This document shows positions 24,370-38,092 of a DNA stretch of 64,000 nucleotides, piece after piece. Every line of letters begins with the position of its first letter. The first letter of the stretch is position 1. The notes beneath the pieces were generated by a model. The model was not told the origin of the DNA and did not search any database. It saw nothing but the letters and a program-made list of their open reading frames with translations. Origin of the DNA: Octopus vulgaris (taxonomy: Eukaryota); contig OX597839.1 in NCBI GenBank assembly GCA_951406725.2, positions 31,062,001-31,126,000 of the forward strand, given 5' to 3'. The translations under genes and the position numbers were made by a program.

Positions 24370-25890
24370 GCATGTAGTTGTTGCACGTCTAGATATCTTC
24401 ACATATACTTAAATAATAAACTTCTGCAAAATTTTACAAAGTTTTACAGTTCCAGCGAATCAGCTTTCTTCTTTCTGGTTTTGAGAAGCAATTCCCCAAG
24501 ACAGTGTGCTCCATATCCCATTGTCCCAAGTATAAACCTGAACTTGTAATCTGGATAGAGTAACTGTAGATTTCTCAATAGTTCAGCGTAGGTTTTTTTT
24601 CTTTTTCGCTGATCTTTACCTTCATATCAACGCCCGTGGGCAGCTGATTTCTGCCACTGTACACAGTTCCTCTTTTATCCAAATTCATCATGTCAGGCCT
24701 TTTATGTTTACATTTTATTGAAGAACATTTCAGCAGCATTCCTTTTTATTCGAAGTGGTTATGGCCTCTACTGTACGCTGGTTTACTATTTCTTTGGCCT
24801 CGTGGTTACCCTTCCGACAGATCACATTCTACGGTGTCCTGGCTACAACGTCATGTCTCATCGTTAGATAATACCGCGATGACATTTTTGGACAACTGCT
24901 TATGATGTGGTTGACATCTTCGGTGTTAACCCCACAAAGTCAGCATCGGTTATCATATTTTGGTGTTTTTCCTGCGTCTCTGTTCCTTTTGTACATCAGG
25001 TATTTCGTTGATATTTCTTGTTCCCCTATTGCAAACGCATACCCTGCAAAGTGAGAATAAATACTCCTCTTGTTGGTCCATGACAGACTGCTTTAATGAT
25101 CAATGTTACTGCCATCCCGGAGCTTTCTGCTAACATATTCGCGCATGGTCTTCTGCTGATGTATTCTCATTCTTTCACCTGACGATACTTTCAGGTAGGA
25201 TCGTGTGATTACTTTGCGCATGTATTTAAGTTTATCAGACAAGAAATGCTGCTCAAAGAGCTGCTTTCCGAGTCTTATGATGTTATCAGACTCCAATATG
25301 CTAACCTGGTCAAGGGATGCGCCTCGACACTTGGTTAAAAGATGTTACCGAAGGGATATGATATGACATTCAAAGGCAGTCAGGATCGATGTTAAGCCTC
25401 TGTCCCCTTGTTTTCGTTTTAGGTAGTGGCTGTCAACATCGATGTTGATGTGGAAATTGTGTGTGCCGGTTAGTATTTTCCGGATTTTCACATCAATGGC
25501 TCAGATCTCATCAAGCAGACCGAATGCTGGTATGAGTATTGCAATCGCATTGTGGGCCACTAGTTTAGTGAATGCAAAGGGTTCCGAGGTCCATATTTTC
25601 CTTATCTGGCTGTAATATTCTTTAGTGACACGTGTCTTGTTACAGGTGCCATTGTAAGATATGTTTTCATCCACCCCTAGATACTTGTAACATTCCGCAT
25701 CAGATACAAGGGAAACATGTTAAGTCATTCATGGAGATGTTGCTAGCCTGGTTTACAGTTTTCCCGCTTTTCACAACCATATACTAACATTTATCCTGAC
25801 CAAATTTCAACCCTATACCCTTTGAGAATGTTGTAACCAGGTCAAGGCTCTTTTTCATCTAATGCATATTATTGGCATACAGTTTCAAGT
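24370..25890 (-). mobile_element. Decayed R4/Dong-like non-LTR retrotransposon (RT C-terminus to RLE region)
   Basis: FGQDKC, YKYLGVDENI, IDVKIRKILT..NFHINIDVD..YLKRKQGDRGL and LQLLYPDYKFRFI are similar to R4/Dong ORFs; many stops. Confidence 0.7.
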
Positions 25891-25965
<75 letters not shown>

Positions 25966-27191
25966 ATGTATGTATGTATGTATGTATGTATTGATCACAG
26001 CCGTGTCAAGATGGCTGCGAATTTCAATATGGCCTCAGTACCGAAAATGGCTCCGCAGACTTTGAGCTAAACAGTTCAGCCTATTTGAAACTTACTCTAT
26101 CTTTCATTATTCTCATGTGAAAGGCTTACAACTTCCACGTCAACTTCACCCACGACATCAGGTTCACAAATTCGTCCCCACCAACACCACCACCTCAGTC
26201 CGCCATCTTTGTGCAAATATGCTGCGCTCACAAACACCAGCCTCCTTCCATCTGATAACGACAGTCGCTGGTGTGTGTGTGTGTGTGTATGTGCGTGAGT
26301 GTGTATGCGTGTGTATGGGTGCTTGCAAGTATGTGTTTGCGTGTGTGGTAGATGCAGCTGCCGCCGCCATTACTATCACTGAGTATTTGGGGATTTGAAA
26401 AGGTTAACGATTCGTCGAGTGAAATAGTTTTAAAGCAAAAGCAGCAGTCGGTGGGTTGCAGACAGCGTCAGCAGCCATTGGCACGATGCAGCCGATGTCT
26501 GAGAAATTTAGTCAGAATGGTTAATGACCGGTTACGTATCAAATGCCGCGATTCTTCCGATACGAAGTTGTGTGTGTGTGAGAGAGAGAGAGTGTGTGTG
26601 TCTTTATATTTTTCTCGTTTCAGTCATTAGACTGTGGCCATGCTGGGGCACCGCCTTGAAGGATTCCTTAGTCGAATGAATCAACTCCAATACTTATTTC
26701 TTTTTAAGCCTGATACTTTTTCTATCAATATTTTTTTTGCCGAACCGCTAAGTTACAGGGACGTAAACACACCAACATCGGTCGTCAAGCAGGGGTTGGG
26801 ATAGAGAAACACGGATACAGGCTATATATATATATATATATGAGCGCGCGCGTGTATATATATATATATTCTTGCTTGCAGTCATTGGATTGCGGCCATG
26901 CTGGGGCACCGCTTTGGGGAAATTTATTCGACCTCAATTCTTATTTTCTTTTTAAACTTTGTACTTTATCGTTTCTTTATACCAAACTGTTAAGTTACGG
27001 AGATATAAACACACCAACACCCACCCACAAACACATATATACAAATATACGACGTGCTTCTTTCAGTTTCCGTCTACCAAATCCACTCACAAGGCTTTGA
27101 TCGGCCCGAGGCTATGTGTCACGCAGTGGGACAGAACCAGGAACCATGTGGTAGGGGAGCAAGCTACTTACCACACAGCCACTCCTGAACC

Positions 27192-27229
<38 letters not shown>

Positions 27230-27643
27230 ACGGCTTGTAGTAACAGCTGTTGATCTTTTCTTGGTTTCAGTCACAGCAGTGCGGCCATGCTGTCGTACCG
27301 ATTCCAAACGGTTTAATCGACCATGGTAACACCAGCGTTCATTTTATCGATCACTATTTATCACACCGCTACGCACCTTGGCATAAAGGTACACTACATA
27401 AGAGACACTGGCTCGTAGACCGGTGGGAACAAACCTCTTCCTCTCCACCGCCACCTCTCTCATTATACATACATACATTTAGCTGCTATTTCTAGCAAGT
27501 CGATCGATCGTGAAAAGTAATTTACCCTCGATGCGACATATTAGTGAAGGCGGAATACGAACCAACGATCCTTCGGACAGCTGGTCAACATCCTGAAAAC
27601 GTTGCTGTTAATTCAATGAATATTTTAATAATTAGGAGTTGCA

Positions 27644-28224
27644 AAGCGGCGAGTTGGCAGAAACGTTAGCGCGCCGGGCGAAATGCTTAGCGGTATTTCG
27701 TCTGCCGCTACGTTCTGAGTTAAAATTCCGCCGAGGTCGACTTTGCCTTTCATCCTTTCGGGGTCGATAAATAAAGTACCAGTTACGCACTGGGGTCGAT
27801 GTAATCGACTTAATCCGTTTGTCTGTCCTTGTTTGTCCCCTCTGTGTTTAGCCCTTTGTGGGTAGTAAAGAAATAAGTATTTCGTCTGCCGCTACGTTCT
27901 GAGTTCAAATTCCGCCGAGGTCGACTTTGCCTTTCATCCTTTCAGGGTCGATTAAATTAGTACCAGTTACGCACTGGGGTCGATATAATCGACTTAATCC
28001 GTTTGTCTGTCCTTGTTTGTCCTCTCTGTGTTTAGCCCCTTGTGGGTAGTAAAGAAATAGGTATTTCGCTTGTCTTTACGTTCTGAGTTCAAATTTCGCC
28101 GAGGTCGACTTTGCCTTTTATCCCTTCAGGGTCAATAAATTAAGTACCAGTTGCGTATTGCGGTCGATTTAATCGACTGGCCCCCTCCCGCCAGATTTCA
28201 GGCCTTGTACCTAGAGTAGAAAAG
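27644..28224 (+). mobile_element. SINE multimer: one head plus three bodies at a 184-bp period
   Basis: GTATTTCG restarts at 27693, 27877 and 28061; the last unit has a different tail. Confidence 0.9.
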
Positions 28225-29103
28225 AGTAAAACAAGAGTTGCCTCCCTTGAAAAAGGTGAATTTAGTATTTTCTTTCCATTGCTCTTGCTTTCCTTTATTT
28301 TAATTATTATTGGGTTGAAATTGGTTGGAAAAAAACAAAAACAAAAGCCGCAATAATTATGCCCCAATCCAATATTTAACTTTCAAAAGTTTTCTCCTGT
28401 TTTTGTTCTTTTAATTGCGAAGTCTTTGATCAGATCCTCACAATGGCACCATGAACAGTTGGGAATTATATTTCTGGTCATATAAACCTCTTTGAATATT
28501 ATTTCAGCAAGTTTCAAGTGATTTCTTTTGTGCCATAGACCATTTACCATTTCTGTGGTGCCCCTCTTCTCTTCCCTTGATGCCCTAAGTAGATGCATAT
28601 TTTGCTTAACGGTTAATCCACCACTGACAACATGGATGTTCTGAAAGTAAAGTAACCAGGAAAAAAGAAAGGGTTGGAAAAACTGGAAACCAAGAAACAA
28701 AGGGGTTAGGAATGGATGAGGAAGAATGGTGTGGGTAGCAAACAATGGAAATGTATGACTGCATTCATTTAAAATCAATCTTCTTTTGCCCTGGGAGGAT
28801 TATAACATTCCAGTTTGATATCCATGCCTCAGGATGGCAGAGTACTCGTTTAATGATTGACTATTTAATTATTAACTAATTTTAATCATTTAATGATTAA
28901 CTAATCATTCTTTGGTTAATCAAAACATGTAACCTTTACACTGCTGTTCAGATACTTTGTTAGCCAGGTTCCTGCATGAAGTGCTTTTGAGGTGATCACC
29001 AGGATTTTACCTATGCTCTCAATTACACCCACCCACACCTACACACTGTGTAAATAGTGAAATTTACTTTATTTGTCTCATGTTGTAAATTCTTTCATTT
29101 CAG

Positions 29104-29272
29104 TTTTAAATTATTTCCATTCCAAGTACGAATCAATGGTCCTTTTGGAAAATGCAGTCTTTCAAACTGGGGTCAATGACCCCACATCACGCAATGGAGA
29201 ATACCCAGTCCATAAGGTGCAGGTGAAAGCCTTTTATATTGACAGATACCCAATAACAAACATTCAATTCAG
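29104..29272 (+). CDS. SUMF2: SUMF2-like exon 2
   Basis: tttcag|...AG|gtaatt; MVLLENAVFQTG...NGEYPVHKVQVKAFYIDRYPITNIQF is the start of the FGE-sulfatase domain. Confidence 0.92.
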
Positions 29273-29329
29273 GTAATTACAACTTTATTCACCTTAATAT
29301 ACACATATAAACATTCATCTGTGTGTGTG

Positions 29330-29365
<36 letters not shown>

Positions 29366-30222
29366 TGTATGTATGTATGCACATATATTTATGTATATAT
29401 GTTTATGTATGTGTGTATGTATATATATTTATGCATGTAAGTATCTATATTTATATATATATGTATGTATTATGCATGTATATCATCATCATCATTGTCA
29501 TCATCATCATCCAGTGTTTTAAATCTGGTTTTTGCCCCTGTTAACGGGGGTTGCCAGATCTACCTCAATGCCATAGCAACCAAGGTAGACAGGTGCAGAC
29601 CACCCCAACTTTTGGGCTGGCTGGTGCCCATTCTCTTTTGCTATCATGAAGGCTTTTTTGGAGCTGGATTTTCTATGGGGAGCATGCCCTTGCTTAGCCC
29701 CACCCTCAGTCTCTAGACATGAGTGGTCCTGAGACCAAGGCCTCTACCACGATTTTTAAGAAATGTGGTGGAAAACTAGCTCAGAAAGTCAGGGACGTTA
29801 CTCCCTGAGACTGCTTTCAGAGCCCCCACCCCCACATACATATGCATATCATCTTGAATAAAGTCTAGTCATGTACAAATGGAGGAAGAATGGCAGAATG
29901 GCAAAAACAGTAAAAGGAACAAAATTTTCTTCTCCTGGAACCCAAATGAAATCGAACCCCCATCATCAATTTCACCCCACTTTTTTCGCTACTGTAAACC
30001 CCAACCGATGACCCACACAGCCACCTTAACAATATTTTAGGTTCATCAAGAAAGCCATGTAAACACCCACCCCTGCCCAGGGCTCCTACATTGATTTATT
30101 AACGGCAACCCTATATAGATTAGATGGATGAGGAGACCTTCATCCCATCCAGGGGAATAAAGCAGTGGGTTCATACTTTAAAATGACTCCCCTACTAATT
30201 ACATGTCTCAATCAAATTGCAG

Positions 30223-30382
30223 AAAGTTCCATCAAGCAAAACCACATTATGAGACTGAAGCTGAAGAAGTGAACTTCAGTTACGTCTTTGGACAACATAT
30301 GACGCCACACCAACTGAGCAGATCCAAACCAGAAGAGAAACAACCTGGATGGTATGAGGTTGCAGGAGCCCAGTGGAACAAG
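30223..30382 (+). CDS. SUMF2: SUMF2-like exon 3
   Basis: tgcag|...AAG|gtattg; YETEAE..FSYVF...WYEVAGAQW; phases 2 to 0 consistent. Confidence 0.92.
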
Positions 30383-30524
30383 GTATTGCCCTACCCCACT
30401 CTACCCCCACCCCCCACTCTCTTTCTCTCTCTCTTTGTAGATATATAGATACATAGGTATGTACCGGTATGTTGATACAAACAGGGAAAACAGAACTCAA
30501 AATATGAGTATATCATCATCATCA

Positions 30525-30980
30525 TCATTTAACATCCATTTTCCATGCTGGCAAGGGTTGGATGGTTCGACTGGGGTCTGGGAAGCCAGGAAGGTGCACC
30601 AGGCTCCAGTGTCTGATCTGGCAGTGTTTCTACAGCTGGATGCCCTTCCTAACACCAACTACTCCAAGAGTGTAGTGGGTGCTTTTTTTCCATGCCACTG
30701 GCACAAGGGCCAGAGGGGGCTGGCATCAACCATGATTGGATGGTGCTTTTTACGTGCCACCAGCACAAGAGCCATAACTACAATTTCCATTTTATTTTGA
30801 TGTTGATGTACTTGACACAATGGGTCTCCTCAAGCAAGGCTGTTGCCCTACGATCCAAGGTACTTTTTGAGTGGGCTGGTTATGTGACACTGGTGTAGGT
30901 TACAGCTGTGAACTCACTTTATTTGCCGAGTCTTCTCATGTCAACATTTCTCCAGAGGTCTTGGTCTTTCGTCATTGCCA
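30525..30980 (-). mobile_element. SINE / RTE-tail-related repeat, family D
   Basis: (ATC)n plus TTAACATCCATTTTCCATGCTGGC end; related copies at 36260-36497, 57680-57830 and 60905-61035. Confidence 0.6.
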
Positions 30981-31029
30981 GAGTGACTCAAGATCTGAGA
31001 GTTTCGTGTATTGGCACAATTAGATAGAT

Positions 31030-31160
31030 ATATTAGGTTGGTGCATAATTATTGCGGCTTTTTTCAATAAATTTTAATCAACAAAAGCAGTAACAACATT
31101 TAACAAAAACATCTTTAAATGATTATTCTGGAGCATATTCACCATTTACTTCACTTACTG
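31030..31160. mobile_element. Mariner TIR fragment
   Basis: TATTAGGTTGGTGCATAATTATTGCGGC, same as 41361 and ~28345; resembles the Hsmar1-type TIR. Confidence 0.75.
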
Positions 31161-32409
31161 ACAACTGGTGTTGGTGTGTTTACATCCCTTTACTTACCAG
31201 TTCAGCAAAACAGACTGATAAAATAAGGCTTCAAAAAAACAATAAGTCTTGGGGTCAATTCGTTTGACTATGAATTCTTCAAGGTGGTTCCCCAGCATGG
31301 CCACAGTCTGATTGGTCTGTCCTGGTTTAGGCCACATAACTTTTTGTCCTTTTCTTCTTTCAGTCATTTGACTGTGGCCATGCTGGGGTGCTGGCTTGAA
31401 GGGTTTAGTCAAACGAATTGACCCCAGCCCTTCATTTCTTTTTAAGCCTGTTACTTATTCTATCAGTCTTGTTTGGCAAACCACTAAGTTATGGGAATGT
31501 AAACACACCAACACCAGTTGTCAAGCAGTGGTGGGGGAACAAACATAGACACAAAGACACACACGCATATGTATATATGATGGGCTTCTTTCAGTTTCCA
31601 CCTACCAAATCCTCTCACAAGGCTTTGGTTGGCCCAAGGCAATAGAAGACATGCAATGGGACTGAACCTGGAACCATGCAGTCAGGTGGAAAATTTCTTC
31701 CCTCACAGCCACACTCGTGCCTGCAGAGATCCCTATTCTGCCTCAAAGACTTCATCCATTTCCTTGCCAAATCTATGCTTCTTCAACCTACCATTGTGCC
31801 GATGGTGTCTGGTTGTGTCTCACATCTTCTACTCGGCACACATCACTGCATTTCTGCTCCAGCATCTCTATGTTCTTCACAGACCTGTTCTTCTGCCAAT
31901 ATTGGTAGCAGAAACCTTGCAACCCTAACTTTGTGTACCTGACAAGAGGAAGTGGTGGTGGTGGTGATGATAGTGGCAGAGATTGATTTCCCCAGGGGCA
32001 GGGGGCTTGTTTGATGTTAGTTTTTTTCTGCATCTGAGAGACGAACAGCTGCTATCTTTGTAATTTAGCTGTAATCATCATCATCACCACCACCATCATC
32101 ATCAACATTATCATCATTACCACCACCACCACCACCACCATCACGCTACCACTACCACCACTACCATCATCATCACCACGATCATCAACATCACCATTAC
32201 CACCACCACTACCACTGCCATCATTATCATCCTCATTGTCATCATCATCATTTTCCTTGGTGGCAGTCGTCATCACTACCACCACCACCACCACCATCAT
32301 CACGATCATCCTCATCACCACCAGTGCCATCTCCTCCTCCTCCTCCACACCACTGCCCCCCTCCTCCTCCCCAGATGTCTTCACTAAGGGTCTCTTCTAT
32401 TTCTTTCAG

Positions 32410-32560
32410 CCTGCGGGCCCATTTAGCACCGTCAGGGAACTCCTGTCCCACCCTGCGGTGCATGTGAGTTACAATGATGCTTTTGCCTATTGTTCCTGGG
32501 CTGGAAAACGTCTGCCAACAGAACACGAATGGGAATTCGCCGCCAGAGGAGGACTGGATG
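32410..32560 (+). CDS. SUMF2: SUMF2-like exon 4
   Basis: [35 protein letters not shown] signature; tttcag|...G|gtaaac. Confidence 0.96.
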
Positions 32561-33309
32561 GTAAACAACCGATTTTCACTTGATATCTTGTCTTAAGAAG
32601 CAAACTTTAACAATGATTGGGGTTTACCTTTTTAGTTTCTCTTTGGGCTTATGTTGTACTTTGGGAGGGTCGTATGGCCAATAGATATACACACAAACAC
32701 AGGCTGTGGTTTACTTCAAGTCACAATGCATGAAGGTCACACACACACTGATTGGAAAAAATCACCAACACACAATATCCTTACCCTACTACACCCTCTC
32801 TCTCTCTCTCTTTCACCCCTCTCCTGACTATCTATCCATATATTTTTCTTTCTCTCCCTCCCTCCATCTCTTTCTTTCTCTCCTCTCTCTGTGTCTAATC
32901 TATCACTATAACAACAACCTATTCCTTACCTCTCTCTCTCTCTCTCTCTCTCCTTATCCAATAATGACCTCCACTCCTCTAAACCCACACTTCTCCTCTC
33001 CCCTTAACTTTTCCTCTTAAGAGCACTAATTCTCAGTAATTCTCTTATATTTTTTCCTGCAGATCTCCAAATATTGAATCCCACCAATCTCTCCAGCCCC
33101 TGCAAAGATCACGGTTCCAGCCCCTTATCTAAAACCAATCTAAAACAAAGCTTTATCACTATTTCACAATTTTAATTTTCCTTTAATATTTCTTTTCTTT
33201 CCTTTCATATATTCTTCATCTGCACAAGAACTATTCAAGTCTTCCCCTTGTCTATCAGATACACCTGTTCCTCTCTCAACGCTAACACAATTCAGTTTTT
33301 GCTGTGGTA

Positions 33310-34060
33310 AGCTTATAATCCAGATCTCCGTATAATCCTGTAATCCAGCCCTCTGTCCAATCCTATAATGCAGCCCTATGTCCAATCCTATAATCCAGCC
33401 CTCTATTTTATTCTATAATCCAGACTTCTGTTCAGTTCTATAATACATACCTGTCTAATCCTATAATCCAGCCCTCTGTCCAATTCTATAATCTAAACTT
33501 CTGTTTAAGCTTATAATCCAGCTGTGTTCAATCCTAAAATCCAGCACTGTCTAATTCTATAATCCAGACTTCTGTCTAATCCTATAATACAGACCTCTGT
33601 CTAATTCTATAATCCAGCTTTCTGTCCAATCCAGCCTTCAGTCCAATTCTATAATCCAGACCTCTGTCCAATCCTATAATCCAGCCTTTTGTCCAATTCT
33701 ATTATCCTGACCTCTGTCCAGTTCTATAATCTCAACCTCTGTCCAGTCCTAAATACAGACCTCTATCCGATCCTATAATCCAGCTTTCTGTCCATATCCT
33801 ATAATCCAAACCTCTGTCTAGTCCTAAATACAGACCTCTATCCGATCCTATAATCCAGCCTTCTGTCCATATCCTATAATCCAAACCTCTGTCCAGTTCT
33901 ATAATCCAGCCTTCAGTCAATCCTATAATCCAGACCTCTGTCCAGTCCTATAATCCTGATCTCTGTCCAATCCTATAATCCTGACCTCTGTCCAGTCCTA
34001 TTATCCTGACCTCTGTCCAGTCCTATAATCCCAACCTCTGTCCACTCCTACAATACAGAC
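33310..34060. repeat. Degenerate ~24-bp minisatellite (CCTATAATCCAGACCTCTGTCCAAT), ~30 copies
   Basis: Direct reading. Confidence 0.9.
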
Positions 34061-34079
34061 CTATACACTGTTCTTTATC

Positions 34080-34440
34080 ATTCGTTAGACATTCTTGACC
34101 AAGTCTCTTCACAGTTTATGACTTTTCCATTGCTCCTGGCAACTGCTCCTTATTGAGGTTTGTATCGTCCGAGTATTTGAGTTGGTCCTCCTCTCTTGTT
34201 TCTTCCATGAGTCGGTTCCCACATTAGTAGCCTGTCTATAATTTTCTGCTTACTTCCCCAGCAATGTCCAGCAAATCATAAGTCTTTCAGCAATTGTAGT
34301 TGCTATCTTGGGCAAGTTTCCATATAAACCTTCACTTGTCATACATTGACCCCAGTTTATGCTTTGTACAACCCTAGGCACTTTAGTGTCTACACAATCC
34401 AGTGCTTGTGTCAGGGTCCGTGTACCTGATCCTAAACAAC
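34080..34440 (-). mobile_element. RTE-type LINE 3' fragment
   Basis: LYGNLPKIATTIAERL..FAGHCWGS...LLMWEPTHGRNKRG after a frameshift. Confidence 0.7.
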
Positions 34441-34554
34441 ACCACAGACTCAGCAGTTGTTCTGAAGAATGATATTTACAACAAACCATGGAAGACAGTT
34501 CTATGATCCAGATTTATGTACAACGATACAATATTTTTAATTGTCATAAGCTGA

Positions 34555-35008
34555 TGAGCTGGCAGAATCATTAGCATGCCAGGTAAAATGCTCAGTGGCA
34601 GCGAGCTGGCAGAAATGTTAGCACGCCGGGCGAAATGCTTAGCGGTATTTCGTCTGTGTTACGTTGTGAGTTCAAATTCCGCCAAGGTCGACTTTGCCTT
34701 TCATCCTTTCGGGGTCGATAAATTAAGTACCAGTTAGGCACTGGGGTCGATGTAATCGACTTAATACCTATGTCTGTCCTTGTTTGTCCCCTCTGTGTTT
34801 AGCCCCTTGTGGGTAATAAAGAAATAGGTAAAACGCTCAGTGGCATTTTGTTCATCTTTACATTCTGAGTTCAAATCCCACAGAGGTCAGCTTTACCTTT
34901 CATCCTTTTGGGGTTGATAAAATAAATAGCAGCCAAGCATTGGGTTGATGTAATCAATTAGAGCCTCACCCAAAATTTGGGGCCTTGTGCCTTTTAGTAG
35001 AAAGGAAT
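34555..35008 (+). mobile_element. Family A SINE (34601-34825) nested in an older related SINE, 20-bp TSD
   Basis: AGGTAAAAYGCTCAGTGGCA at 34581-34600 and 34826-34845. Confidence 0.85.
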
Positions 35009-35849
35009 ATTTTTAACCATTCTCTTCTCTATTAACCTTGAATATTCTTTTCTACTCTAGGCACAAGGCCTGAAATATTTGGGGAGAGGGCCAGTCAAAT
35101 TAGATCGACCCCAGTATGCAATTGGTGCTTAATTTATTGCCCTCAAAAGGATGAAAGGCAAAGTCAACCTCAGTGGAATTTGAACTCAGAATGCAGAGAC
35201 ATATGAAATACCTCTAAGCATTTCGCCCAGCGTGCTAATGTTTCTGCCAGTTTGCTGCTTCAATAAACTTTAAGGATTGACAATGTGATGGGGCTGAAGG
35301 ACCTTTTTATTTATTTAAGCTTCATTTTGCAAATTTCGACTGACTAAAAATTGAACCCTTCACCCATAAGGATATATGAATGAATAAACGTAGAGGATGG
35401 AGGGACAAACCGGTGTTCCTTGGTTCCAGTTGAAGAGTCTGCTCATGAAATTAACATACCAGTGGCTGAGTATTCCACAGACACACATACCCTTAATGTA
35501 GTAACCTTAATGATCTCAGCATGACACAGAGTGACAGGGCTGGCCCCTTTGGATTACAGAGACAACTCATTTTTGCCAGCTGAGTGGACTGGAGCAACAT
35601 GAAATAAAGTGTCTTGCTCAAGGACACAACAGGCCACCACCCGGAATTGAACTCATGTTGCTATGATTGTGAGCTGAGTACCTTAACCACTAAGCCATGG
35701 TACCTTCACAGAGGAACAATGAAAAACAATAAATGTTGGGGAGATGGAGGAATAATGGACATTAGCGGGGCAGGGTCGAGGGGTGATGAACGACCATAAT
35801 GACAGAAGACAAAGTGAATGTTCTGAGGGATGTTTTGTTGTTGTTTCAG

Positions 35850-35905
35850 GATTGCTTTACCCGTGGGGTGACAGGTACCTTAAAATGAGGATGAACCTTT
35901 GGCAG
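35850..35905 (+). CDS. SUMF2: SUMF2-like exon 5
   Basis: GLLYPWGDRYLKMRMNLWQ; tttcag|...CAG|gtaagg; phases 1 to 0. Confidence 0.93.
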
Positions 35906-36112
35906 GTAAGGTTGATTACAATCCCCTTTGGACAATGCCAAAACATCACACACACACACTCACACACACACAGAGGTTGGACAGGAAGTTATTTGAAACA
36001 GGGTTAAAATTTCTGTGTTTTTTACTGTTTTTCTTAATCAACCAATCAATCACTCTCCCTCTCTCCCTTTCTTTCTCTCTCTCTCTCTCTATCTCCCTCC
36101 CTCTCTCTCTGC

Positions 36113-36145
<33 letters not shown>

Positions 36146-36727
36146 AACCTCTATTTATCTATCTATCTGTCTGTCTTTCAGCCTCTCTCTCTCTCTCTCT
36201 CTCTCACTCCCTCTCTTCATAACATTAGAAAGCCGTTATTTAGAATTTATTTCAATTCTTCTACAGCTGGATGCCCTTCCTAACGCCAACCACTCTGTGA
36301 GTGTAGTGGGTGCTTTTTACGTGTCACCTGCACAGGTGCCAGGCGAGGCTGGCATCGGCCACGGTTGGATTGGTGCATTTTACGTGCCACCAGCACGGAA
36401 GCCCAGTGGCTGAGTATTCCACAGACACACATACCCAGACTGGAGTCTGGTGCAGCCTTCTGGCTTCCCAGATCCCCGGTCGAACCGTCCAACCCATGTG
36501 TGTGTGTGAGTGCATGCATTTGTGTATATGTACTTGTGTGTATATGAGTGTGTGTGTATGAGATTTTGTGCATATGTATGTGTGTGTATGTGTTCATACA
36601 CCCTCGCATATAAACAAACCAACACACACACACACCAACCTCTCATTACACAATTCTTTGCTACAAACATTATTATTGAAAGCAGACTTATTTTCCTCTA
36701 TTTTATTTTATTCCTATCTGAACCCAG

Positions 36728-36812
36728 GGTAAATACCCAGAAGAAGACAAAAAATACGATGACTGGGCTGGCACCAGTCCTGTGGATGCATTTCCAGCTC
36801 AGAATAATTATG
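36728..36812 (+). CDS. SUMF2: SUMF2-like exon 6
   Basis: GKYPEEDKKYDDWAGTSPVDAFPAQNNY; cccag|...G|gtaact. Confidence 0.93.
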
Positions 36813-36913
36813 GTAACTAAAGACGTTCATCTTCTTATTTCATCAACACAAATCACCTTCTACCTTAACTCTCAACTGTTTCGATCCTACAATTGTTATT
36901 ATTATTATTATTA

Positions 36914-36986
<73 letters not shown>

Positions 36987-37762
36987 GGCAGTGAGCTGGC
37001 AGAACTGCTAGCATGGTGAACAAAAGGCTTAGCTGCATTTATGTTCTGAGTTGAAATTCTGCTGAGACCCGCTCAGCCTTTCATCTTTTCGGGGTTGATG
37101 AAATAAGTACCGATCAAGCCCTGGAGTCGATGTTATTGACTAACCCACTCTCCCAAAATTCCTGGCCTTGTGCCAAAATTTGAAACTATTATTATTATTG
37201 AGTGAGAGAGCAGTGCACGCCATCAAAGTGACATTGGGGTACAAATATACGAAGCCCAGTATACCCATCATGACTACCTGTCTGATAAGGGTACACAAGG
37301 CACATGCATCACAACCATATGTGCGCGACATGGTGATCTCATATCAAGATAAACAGCGCATGACCTTGCAGGTAGGGCCCTTTTCTTCTGGTCGAGTAAC
37401 CTATCCCGCTCAAAAGGTCCCTGAATAAGGGTTGTTTAGGGATGATTAACAAAACACCCATGTTTCCAGACGTGAATTATTCAAAGAATTCCTCTCAACA
37501 CATGGCTATAATGCTCCTCCACCACTTCTGCTCGTGATCAGAGATGCACATATCGTCAGCCGCCAAGGGACATGCTCAACTGGTTAAGGTCAAGCAACTG
37601 ACAAGCAAATCTGTGGTACTGAGCAGAATATTTGCTGTTGCCCATCTTTTATACCAAGACGAAACAATGTACATGATAACACTTCCAATCAGTTAAGATC
37701 AGAAGCCATGAGAGCCACTGCCTGTCATTGCATCAGGGCATTTATTATTATTGTTGTTGTTG

Positions 37763-38092
37763 TTATTACCTCTGCCTTAGCAAAAGCGGAGGTATTGTTT
37801 TCAGTTGGGTTTATTTGTCTGTGGACAAGATATCTCTTAAGAACTGCTGGATGGACTCAGATGAAACTTTCAGAGATGTTTGGCTTTGTGACTGGCATGA
37901 ACTGACTAGATTTGGGGATTGATCCGGTATCGGACAAGAATTCTGGATTACTTTCCCTGTTTTTTAACTTAATTTTTGAGAATGGTCAAGTTTATTTCAA
38001 ATATTCTCATTTTAAAAATCATCTCTGGCTAATCGTTGAGAGGACTTTGGTGTTGCCTTGGCAGAGGTTTGTGCTCTCTGAGTGCTCTTGTT
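37763..38092 (+). mobile_element. Helentron/DINE-type (HINE) non-autonomous element
   Basis: 5' TTACCTCTGCC with nearby inverted GCGGAGGTA, 3' GGCAGAGG plus short palindrome GCTCTCTGAGTG, T-rich ends. Confidence 0.65.

Noticed and set aside
32052-32400. Acidic/Gly- or Thr-rich ORFs (also 20307-20525)
   Set aside because: (CAC/CAT)n trinucleotide low-complexity tracts.
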